7,887 nt of DNA from a virus (IMGVR_UViG_2695420565_000011:1-7887), one strand, 5' to 3'. Shown: positions 1 to 5,567, counted from the first letter of the stretch. Translations and numbers: made by a program. Notes: a model not told the origin generated them from the sequence alone.

Positions 1-25
1 CCCCCCCGAAACCCCCCCCCCCCCC
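1..25. repeat. Homopolymeric C tracts (C7-GAAA-C15-GAAA) at the window edge; G-tracts on the minus strand
   Basis: Read directly from the sequence. Homopolymers this long are unusual in enterobacterial DNA. Confidence 0.9.
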
Positions 26-68
26 GAAAGGCTCTGTGGTTGGTATGCGCCGGGCGTGGCGCAGATAC

Positions 69-92
69 AAAAAAGGCCCGCAAAAGCGAGCC
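69..92 (-). terminator. Intrinsic terminator downstream of the tRNA cluster
   Basis: Minus-strand RNA folds as GGCUCGC-UUUU-GCGGGCC (7-bp stem with one G.U, 4-nt loop) followed by UUUUUU (plus 69-74 = AAAAAA). It begins 16 nt past the 3' end of the Arg tRNA. Confidence 0.55.
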
Positions 93-108
93 GGGAAAAT
101 AAGTGTAG

Positions 109-182
109 CGCGTTGTACTGGAGTCGAACCAGTGACCGATTGCTTAGAAGGCAATTGCTCTGTCCTGCTGAGCTAACAACGC
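109..182 (-). tRNA. argO: tRNA-Arg, anticodon UCU (reads AGA/AGG)
   Basis: Manual cloverleaf on the minus strand: acceptor GCGTTGT/ACAACGC (7/7), D stem GCTC/GAGC, anticodon stem ATTGC/GCAAT with loop CT-TCT-AA, T stem ACTGG/CCAGT with loop TTCGACT. The 3' CCA is not encoded (G-CUA). Symbol is by position in the ileZ-argN-argO order recalled for Stx-type lambdoid phages. Confidence 0.8.
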
Positions 183-195
183 AGAATACCGATAA

Positions 196-271
196 TGGAC
201 CACCACCGGGGACTCGAACCTCGCACACTCAACTTAAAGGGTTGACGCTCTTTCCTGATGGCTAGTGGCGG
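196..271 (-). tRNA. Atypical tRNA-like gene (76 nt with CCA); canonical positions give anticodon UUU with C33; possibly degenerate
   Basis: Acceptor CCGCCAC/GTGGTGG pairs 7/7 (one G.U); anticodon stem TCAAC/GTTGA is perfect with loop CCTTTAA; T loop is TTCGAGT. But the D stem has only 2 Watson-Crick pairs, the T stem has one A.C mismatch, and position 33 is C rather than U. It sits where argN would be in a Stx-phage layout, but the sequence does not give a CCU or UCU anticodon. Confidence 0.5.
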
Positions 272-272
272 T

Positions 273-348
273 TGGTGGCCCTTGCTGGATTTGAACCAGC
301 GACCTGGCGATTATGAGTCGCTCGCTCTCACCACTGAGCTAAAGGGCC
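273..348 (-). tRNA. ileZ: tRNA with anticodon CAU, most likely tRNA-Ile2 (AUA-reading after lysidine modification) rather than elongator Met
   Basis: Cloverleaf: acceptor GGCCCTT/AAGGGCC (7/7), D arm TAGCTCAGTGGTGAGAGC, anticodon loop CT-CAT-AA, T arm GCTGG-TTCAAAT-CCAGC, encoded ACCA 3' end. Overall sequence resembles E. coli ileX more than metT (from memory). Confidence 0.8.
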
Positions 349-450
349 GGGCGCAGGATAATAACGTTACGAAATCAATGTTGCAAGCATACAAAAATCA
401 CCCTTATCTCCTCCACCAGCGCATTCACCATGTCTATCCGAGATAAGTGG

Positions 451-479
451 CACAACAAAACCCGCTTGTGGGCGGGTTT
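451..479 (-). terminator. tR'-like intrinsic terminator closing the short transcript downstream of the Q-like gene
   Basis: Perfect inverted repeat AAAACCCGC / GCGGGTTTT (plus 456-464 and 471-479) with a 6-nt loop. Minus-strand RNA is CCCGC-CCACAA-GCGGG followed by UUUUGUUGU. About 70 nt downstream of the predicted start site. Confidence 0.45.
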
Positions 480-531
480 TGTTTGCTTTTGCCATCACGT
501 ACAAAATCGGCAAAATATCAGATTTGCATGA

Positions 532-560
532 AATATATGCCTTTCAATCTACTTTTGCAA
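532..560 (-). promoter_or_regulatory. pR'-like late promoter candidate overlapping the 3' end of the Q-like gene
   Basis: Minus strand: -35 TTGCAA (plus 555-560), 17-bp spacer, -10 TATATT (plus 532-537). A -10-like GATATT lies at about +12 to +18 of the predicted transcript, as expected for a sigma70 promoter-proximal pause used by Q proteins. Confidence 0.35.
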
Positions 561-1233
561 CACTTTGCTTTGAAAATGCCGCCTTTTGTTTTGAACGTGT
601 TCTCATTACAAATAATAAAGCCTCACTATCCAGTCGGTGAAAAATGTGTTTCATTGCAACCCAGTGACGAGTAAATGTTTTGGACCAGTTTTTAGTTGTC
701 ACTCCCGCCAGTAATGCCAGCTCCTGATATTCATAACCTTCCCCACCAAAAAGTTCTGCTTTTACTGCCTGCGCCGCCAGCCAGATTAATTTTTTCAGGC
801 GTTCCTGCGTTTTCCCAGCAATTTTTCTGGTACCGGATTGAGTATTAAATTCATTCCACGCCCACTGTGTTATCGCGATCTGATATTCCCAACAAATACT
901 CCCGCTGTAACACCACAACAACCAGGCTTTATGATGTTCTTCAAGAGACAGAACAGCCCGCCGCCACGATGATGTCGAAAACTCAACCGGACTGACCAGA
1001 GGAATTGACGTCACCTTCGCCAGCGATTGCTTTCCCGGGATTGGTGGATTATCCCGCGTTATCATTTTTCCAGTCACTTCATCGCGGTACCGGATTTTTT
1101 TTCGCCTGTAACGCCCTGTATCGAACATGGCATTCTCCTGCCAGGCTTCAAGCTGACCTTTTGTTGCCCCACTCAAATCAGCGGTGGCGATAATGAGCTG
1201 CTCACGCACAAACTGTAAATAGTGGTTATTCAT
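544..1233 (-). CDS. Q-like late-gene antiterminator (QuuQ/YdfT-type placement), 229 aa
   Basis: Position is the main evidence: directly after rusA with an ATGA stop/start overlap, directly before a promoter-terminator pair and the tRNA cluster. Start moved from the track GTG (1239) to the ATG at 1233 that overlaps the rusA stop. No zinc-finger pattern seen; family assignment is contextual. Confidence 0.5.
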   Translation of the reverse strand: MNNHYLQFVREQLIIATADLSGATKGQLEAWQENAMFDTGRYRRKKIRYRDEVTGKMITRDNPPIPGKQSLAKVTSIPLVSPVEFSTSSWRRAVLSLEEHHKAWLLWCYSGSICWEYQIAITQWAWNEFNTQSGTRKIAGKTQERLKKLIWLAAQAVKAELFGGEGYEYQELALLAGVTTKNWSKTFTRHWVAMKHIFHRLDSEALLFVMRTRSKQKAAFSKQSVAKVD

Positions 1234-1595
1234 GCGCACTCCCGTTCTGTGATTTTTATCCCCAGCCGCCCACCAGGAACGAGCTGACCGCGCACAATAT
1301 TGATTTCATCAAACTGCTCGTCGTCTATGAGAAGTCCGGCATGCGTCAGCACATCCAGTGGTGCTTTCAGGATATTGTCCAGGTCACGACGGCGCTTATC
1401 CGGTGGCTCTGCAATAATCTTTATCACCAGCCTTCCGGACAGGTTTAATTTCAGCCGCTGCTGGCGAACAATTAGCGCCACATCACGGCGATAACGCTTT
1501 CCGGCTTCCGAGATGAAATACGTATTGCCATGACGTCGCCAGTAGGTATTCACCGTCGGCGGGTAAGGCAAAACAAATTCTATCCGTTCAGTCAT
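1230..1595 (-). CDS. rusA: RusA Holliday-junction resolvase
   Basis: 121 aa. The segment PDKRRRDLDNILKAPLDVLTHAGLLIDDEQ matches the RusA catalytic region recalled from E. coli RusA (PDRRRRDLDN...DALTKAG...DD). The ATG abuts the stop of the upstream gene (TGA-ATG). Confidence 0.85.
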   Translation of the reverse strand: MTERIEFVLPYPPTVNTYWRRHGNTYFISEAGKRYRRDVALIVRQQRLKLNLSGRLVIKIIAEPPDKRRRDLDNILKAPLDVLTHAGLLIDDEQFDEINIVRGQLVPGGRLGIKITERECA

Positions 1596-2651
1596 TCATG
1601 CTTTCCACTTCAGGACACCCGAATTTCTCGCGTGCATTAAAAAACGAATCAGCAACAACAGCTGGCTGCCGTGTTTTTCTTCAAAATCTTTTACCCCAGC
1701 GTGCAGTTCGTTATGACATTTACGGCACAGCGGAATAACAAACAAATCATCAGCCTTTGTTCCCATCCCTCCCAGTCCATGACCAATGATGTGATGCGGA
1801 TCATCTGCCTGATTACCGCACGTCATGCATTTCTGCGTTTTTACCCAGCGCGTGTATACAGGCATCTCTTCCCGTTGTGGTTTCTGGCGCTGGAGATACT
1901 GAGCCGGTGACTCCGGATCAACGGCAATGCTGACCACCGTCTTTTCCTGTGGCGGGTTTTGCTGGTGGGCGTGAGGCAGCGGCGCAAGATTTTTTGTGCG
2001 CTGCTTCAGTATGATGGTGGCGGTCTGCTCTCCCGGTACGATGTCGCTTTCACGGTACATTGAGCGGATTTTTTCCGCACGCAACCCCAGCGAACGACGT
2101 AATACCGCTTCCGGTAGCGCGTCCGCCACCTGATTGCGGACCGCCCACCAGGATAATTCAGCCAGAGATAATTCACGCTCCTGCGTACCGCTTATTGCGT
2201 GACCGATGACGTCAATCATCCATGCTGACAGGTTTTGATGAGCAAGTTGCTCGAGTGATTCGGATGTCTGGTCACGCAGCTGGTTGTCGCAGTGCCAGCA
2301 CAACACCATTGCGCCGGTACCGTAACGGTGAATGACGGTTTCGCTGTGATGATAATCACCGTGTAGCCACTGGCAGGATTTCACGTGACGTAATAACCAG
2401 TCAGACAGTGCACCAGCGCCACCCGCAGCACGGCTCACCCGCTCATCGCTGAAAAATGGCAGTAGTGATTTATCTTCCGCCAGCGGCTGGTGAACGGCAG
2501 GTACAACCCCGGACGGCAGAGCTCGCATGCTTTTTGGTTCCGGCTCCACCAGTATTCTGCCGTTATGGAATGCTGACATTGATTCACGGCCTGGCTTAAC
2601 GATAACCAGACCGAGTTCCGGTACCAGAACAGGTCGAAGTAATACCCGCAC
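1596..2651 (-). CDS. ydfU: DUF968 / YdfU-like lambdoid protein with C-terminal HNH-like Cys/His cluster
   Basis: 351 aa from a GTG start preceded by GGAGG. C-terminal motif CMTCGNQADDPHHIIGHGLGG...LCRKCHNELH (C-x2-C ... C-x2-C-H). Same size and same position (upstream of the late-region Q gene) as YdfU of the K-12 Qin prophage, recalled from memory. Confidence 0.7.
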   Translation of the reverse strand: MRVLLRPVLVPELGLVIVKPGRESMSAFHNGRILVEPEPKSMRALPSGVVPAVHQPLAEDKSLLPFFSDERVSRAAGGAGALSDWLLRHVKSCQWLHGDYHHSETVIHRYGTGAMVLCWHCDNQLRDQTSESLEQLAHQNLSAWMIDVIGHAISGTQERELSLAELSWWAVRNQVADALPEAVLRRSLGLRAEKIRSMYRESDIVPGEQTATIILKQRTKNLAPLPHAHQQNPPQEKTVVSIAVDPESPAQYLQRQKPQREEMPVYTRWVKTQKCMTCGNQADDPHHIIGHGLGGMGTKADDLFVIPLCRKCHNELHAGVKDFEEKHGSQLLLLIRFLMHARNSGVLKWKA

Positions 2652-2652
2652 A

Positions 2653-2931
2653 TTACCTCCAGATCCGTTGCTGGAATGTGCGGGACGGACGCGGTGGCCG
2701 TTCGGAGTAAGGGAGCCTGACGGAGATTATCCAGTGACGGTAGTCGAGGCTAAGGGCTTTTTTAACCTCGCATCCGCGCCTGCGGTAACACTGAATGAGC
2801 CATTCGGCCTGTTCTTCAGTGCATGGGGGATGCTGGTACCAGTCAGATTTGAATGCGTGAAAACACCGTCCGCGCCTGCTGGCAAAGACGGCAGAATCAT
2901 CAGAATTGTATAATTTGGTATCGTGCGCCAT
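2653..2931 (-). CDS. Hypothetical protein, positional equivalent of rem in Qin-like prophages (92 aa from internal ATG)
   Basis: The track ORF starts at a TTG (3012) that lies inside the hok terminator hairpin, so the start was moved to the first ATG (2931). Cys/His-containing basic protein with no recognised catalytic motif. Confidence 0.4.
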   Translation of the reverse strand: MAHDTKLYNSDDSAVFASRRGRCFHAFKSDWYQHPPCTEEQAEWLIQCYRRRGCEVKKALSLDYRHWIISVRLPYSERPPRPSRTFQQRIWR

Positions 2932-3001
2932 CGGTTGTCTCTGCTGGCGCAGCAGGTGCCAGTTGTTCAGGCTGGCGTGCGAATTGTAAACCAGAATGCC
3001 A

Positions 3002-3030
3002 GGAAAAAACAAAACCCGCCGAAGCGGGTT
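3002..3030 (-). terminator. Intrinsic terminator of the hok transcript
   Basis: Minus-strand RNA: AACCCGC-UUCG-GCGGGUU (7-bp stem, UUCG tetraloop) followed by UUGUUUUUU. About 70 nt downstream of the hok stop codon. Confidence 0.65.
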
Positions 3031-3069
3031 AAGTGCGGGTGCGTTGAGGATGCCTGATTCATCAGAGGT

Positions 3070-3091
3070 GGCGAGGGATTTCTCCCTCGCC
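3070..3091 (-). other. Stable hairpin in the hok 3' UTR (9-bp perfect stem, GAAA loop on the RNA)
   Basis: GGCGAGGGA / TCCCTCGCC inverted repeat with a 4-nt loop, 7 nt after the hok stop. No U-tract, so it is not a terminator; likely an mRNA folding or stability element. Confidence 0.5.
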
Positions 3092-3098
3092 GGGTCTC

Positions 3099-3254
3099 TT
3101 ACTCCTCAGGTTCGTAAGCTGTGAAGACAGCGACCTCCGTCTGGCCGGTTCGGATTCGTACCTCGCAGAGGTCTTTCCTCGTTACCAGTGCCGTCACTAT
3201 GACGGTGATACAGATGACGATCAGGGCGATTAACATCGCCTTTTGCTGCTTCAT
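3099..3254 (-). CDS. hokD: Hok/Gef-family type I toxin (HokD/RelF-like), 51 aa
   Basis: Translation MKQQKAMLIALIVICITVIVTALVTRKDLCEVRIRTGQTEVAVFTAYEPEE: one transmembrane helix plus the conserved Cys-containing periplasmic tail, near-identical to K-12 RelF/HokD as I recall it. AAGGAG sits 9 nt upstream of the ATG at 3254. The 19-codon in-frame extension in the track ORF (to 3311) is rejected. Confidence 0.85.
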   Translation of the reverse strand: MKQQKAMLIALIVICITVIVTALVTRKDLCEVRIRTGQTEVAVFTAYEPEE

Positions 3255-3375
3255 AGCCTGCTTCTCCTTGCCTTTCGGCGCGTAAGAGGCTAACCTACAT
3301 ATGTCTAGCATGAAATTGGCCTCAGATTAATGTTAGGCGTCTTGCAGGACGCGTAATGTTAACTGGGGCTTTTCT

Positions 3376-3411
3376 CTGTCTGCCTTACGGTGGCATGCCC
3401 GAGGCAGACAG
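3376..3411 (-). promoter_or_regulatory. GC-rich hairpin at the predicted 5' end of the hok mRNA leader
   Basis: 9-bp perfect stem CTGTCTGCC / GGCAGACAG with an 18-nt loop that contains the palindrome GGCATGCC. No U-tract on either strand. Confidence 0.45.
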
Positions 3412-3429
3412 CCTCAAGCACCCGCAGCA

Positions 3430-3457
3430 ATTCTACTTAACTCTCGCTTTACCGCAA
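3430..3457 (-). promoter_or_regulatory. Candidate hok promoter
   Basis: Minus strand: -35 TTGCGG (plus 3452-3457), 16-bp spacer, -10 TAGAAT (plus 3430-3435). The predicted start is about 10 nt before the 5' hairpin, giving an mRNA of roughly 420 nt, similar to plasmid hok mRNAs. Weak -35; low confidence. Confidence 0.3.
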
Positions 3458-3470
3458 ACCGTTTTTACCC

Positions 3471-3490
3471 GATATGGGAATTCCCATATC
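3471..3490. repeat. Perfect 20-bp palindrome GATATGGGAATTCCCATATC (candidate dimeric-regulator operator)
   Basis: Exact reverse-complement symmetry read from the sequence. Located between the small peptide ORF stop (3500) and the candidate hok promoter. No flanking U/T tract, so not a convincing terminator. Confidence 0.6.
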
Positions 3491-3499
3491 GTAATGAAT

Positions 3500-3604
3500 T
3501 CAGTTCCCTAGTCGATCCATCAAAAACACAACCAGGCAGTAAACGCCCACAACAGCAATAACAGCCAGAGCACCTTCCATTGCCAGTGAAATATCATCCG
3601 ACAT
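3500..3604 (-). CDS. Small membrane peptide ORF, 34 aa (MSDDISLAMEGALAVIAVVGVYCLVVFLMDRLGN), below the ORF-track size cutoff
   Basis: ATG at 3604 is preceded by AAAGGAGGGAAT, a near-consensus Shine-Dalgarno. Acidic N-terminus, one hydrophobic helix, short polar tail. An AT-rich promoter-like stretch lies upstream. Confidence 0.4.
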   Translation of the reverse strand: MSDDISLAMEGALAVIAVVGVYCLVVFLMDRLGN

Positions 3605-3719
3605 ATTCCCTCCTTTGGTGTGAATCCCGGCGAACGTTTTTACCCCCACCGACAAATAACATATACTAAAAAATCAATAGCTATAGCAACGCCTGTAATT
3701 GCAAAGGCTTCAGGCCAGA

Positions 3720-4364
3720 TCATTGGCGCACCTCCTGCGGCGGTTCTGGTAGCGGCATCCAGTCGGTTACATTGCGGCTCTGTGTTTCGAAAAATTCATC
3801 ACCATTACGGACTACATCAAAAAACTCACCGTCTCGATATTGCGCATAAAGAACGAATGCGCCATCACATAAAATAATTACGTGCTGACCATCATCCGGC
3901 ATTCGCTCACTACAGCTTATCCAACCATCCGGAGTTACCGGATAGTTTGTTGACGTTTCCGAGATTTCCCGAAAATTATTGGTTGACGAACCCTTATTTT
4001 CCCGAAAGTTTCCAGCCTGAAGCATGGCGGCGCTGTCTGGCGGGGCAGCATATAGCGGCACGTATATTTCCGGTTCCTTATCAGCACCGGGTTGCTCTTC
4101 CAGTGAGAATGTCTTTCCGGTAAATCGATTCATATAAAGCACGGGCTCTGCTTCCAGCGAAGCCTGAGCAACAAGGGCCAGTGCTAAATCCAACTCAATT
4201 GCCTCGAGAGAATTTTTGAATACTGTCTGTTTTACTGCAAATTTCATCGCCTTTACATTTTCACTAACATGACTGATTAACTGCTCTTTTGTAAAAGTGG
4301 TCATCTCATTCTCCTTTGATGCGAATGCCAGCGACAATTGAAGCCTGATAGCTAATTCACTCAC
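3720..4364 (-). CDS. Phage protein with C-terminal DUF551-like domain, 214 aa
   Basis: GTG start at 4364 with GGAGG 7 nt upstream; an alternative ATG at 4304 also has a GGAG. The C-terminal segment DGWISCSERMPDDGQHVIIL...WMPLPEPP resembles the DUF551 signature as I recall it. Confidence 0.55.
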   Translation of the reverse strand: MSELAIRLQLSLAFASKENEMTTFTKEQLISHVSENVKAMKFAVKQTVFKNSLEAIELDLALALVAQASLEAEPVLYMNRFTGKTFSLEEQPGADKEPEIYVPLYAAPPDSAAMLQAGNFRENKGSSTNNFREISETSTNYPVTPDGWISCSERMPDDGQHVIILCDGAFVLYAQYRDGEFFDVVRNGDEFFETQSRNVTDWMPLPEPPQEVRQ

Positions 4365-4453
4365 AGTACCGCCTCCTGAAAATTGCCCTGATAGAACGCC
4401 AGTACACGCAGCATAACTTCACTCTTCCGGCACTCGCCACAGATTATGTTCTG

Positions 4454-4756
4454 TTATCTGTCGTAGCGGCGTATTTCTCCGTCTGGTAACTTTCGAATCA
4501 ATGTCTGGTCGGTTGCTTTCTCCGCTGCCTTACGCCATACGCGATACACCTGTTCTGATGTAAAAACACCGTATTTACCGGGCATGTATAAATCGCCACA
4601 AGCCAGTACATCCACAAGGCAACGTCTGACTGAATGCCAGCCTGCTCCCGTCGCTCTCTCCAGTTGTGATATCGTCATGCGTTCATTTTTGCGTACCAGC
4701 CCGATAATTCGGGCCTTCAGTTCTTCACGCTGTTCGTGTGTAAAAGGTTTCGCCAT
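4454..4756 (-). CDS. Hypothetical basic protein, 100 aa
   Basis: ATG preceded by GGAGG; starts 15 nt after the stop of the upstream gene, suggesting co-transcription. No recognisable motif. Confidence 0.55.
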   Translation of the reverse strand: MAKPFTHEQREELKARIIGLVRKNERMTISQLERATGAGWHSVRRCLVDVLACGDLYMPGKYGVFTSEQVYRVWRKAAEKATDQTLIRKLPDGEIRRYDR

Positions 4757-4771
4757 AAGCGCCTCCGGCTA

Positions 4772-5542
4772 TCACTTTTCCGATACAACACGGCGGGAAG
4801 AATCAGTAATCTGTCGAACAATATCCCGGTGCTTGTTCAGCTCCCGCAGCGCGGCGCAGACTCGCTCCCACTTCTGAACATCACTTTTCGCCCTGCGCAG
4901 CGCCAGGTTTGCCCTGCGCAGGGACGGAAAAATCAGCTCATCTGCTTGCGTTTCGGTAAACGATAGCAACGGCTGCACAATGTCCGCCACAGTTTCTGTT
5001 TTAATTTCTTCCTGTGTTGCGGCTTCCCGGACTGGTAACGCAGCACCTGCTGGCTGAGGAAAGGCCTTACCATCATTTTTCGTTACCGGCGCGGCTTTCG
5101 GATCTGCTGGTAAATTACCCCCCGACATGCAGTAACGAAATTTACCGTTCTGATTAACGCGTGCCAGCCGCCCCGTTGCGGTTACCACCGCCAGCGTGGA
5201 AGCAACCTTGCGAGTACTGACGCCGAACTTACCCGCCAGTTCCTCACACGTTTTAGCACCATCCTGACCGATAAACTCAACCATCATGTCTGCGGTAACT
5301 TTTGGAGCGACCTCTTCGGTTACCACATCCGGCGCTTCAGGTTGTAGTGCCTGCCCTTCGGTTACCCCGGCTTCACCTTCGACAGCCAGAAACCAGGTGT
5401 GACCCGTTTTATCAACAACGCCATTTTTTTTGAGTTCCCACAGTTCGTTAAGAACTTCTTCACGGCTGATATCAAGCCGCGCCGCCAGTTCAACAGAATT
5501 GGCTTTTCCCATCGCTTTCAGTGCATGCAATACAGTTTCCAT
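4772..5542 (-). CDS. Hypothetical protein with two winged-helix-like segments, 256 aa
   Basis: N-terminal MGKANSVELAARLDISREEVLNELWELKKNGVV and a second similar segment GAKTCEELAGKFGVSTRKVASTLAVVTATGRLARV, then a Pro/Ala-rich linker and a helical C-terminus with a short LRRA repeat. No enzymatic motif. Confidence 0.6.
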   Translation of the reverse strand: METVLHALKAMGKANSVELAARLDISREEVLNELWELKKNGVVDKTGHTWFLAVEGEAGVTEGQALQPEAPDVVTEEVAPKVTADMMVEFIGQDGAKTCEELAGKFGVSTRKVASTLAVVTATGRLARVNQNGKFRYCMSGGNLPADPKAAPVTKNDGKAFPQPAGAALPVREAATQEEIKTETVADIVQPLLSFTETQADELIFPSLRRANLALRRAKSDVQKWERVCAALRELNKHRDIVRQITDSSRRVVSEK

Positions 5543-5567
5543 CGAAAATTTACCTCGTCAAAAATTC

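Noticed and set aside
56-446. Plus-strand ORFs 56..265 and 258..446
   Set aside because: They overlap the tRNA genes and terminator on the opposite strand; no coding signal.
1234-1239. GTG start of the Q-like ORF at 1239
   Set aside because: The ATG at 1233 overlaps the rusA stop (ATGA), a classic coupled start; the GTG has no ribosome-binding site.
2932-3012. TTG start of the track ORF 2653..3012
   Set aside because: The TTG and the first codons lie inside the hok intrinsic terminator hairpin and U-tract; the first ATG at 2931 is used instead.
3099-3311. 70-aa extended Hok from the upstream in-frame ATG
   Set aside because: The canonical 51-aa Hok starts at 3254 with AAGGAG upstream and matches known Hok length; the extension has only a weak GAGG and is kept only as a minor finding.
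3255-3420. Sok-like antisense RNA gene on the plus strand of the hok leader
   Set aside because: Only weak plus-strand promoter matches (for example TTGCCT with 17 bp to TAACCT) and no terminator; not supportable without transcript data.
3471-3490. 20-bp palindrome as an intrinsic terminator for the small peptide ORF
   Set aside because: No U/T tract follows on either strand and the stem is AT-rich at its ends; an operator role is more plausible.
3620-3877. Plus-strand 85-aa ORF with GTG start
   Set aside because: It overlaps the 3' end of the 214-aa gene and the small peptide's promoter region on the opposite strand, with no ribosome-binding site.
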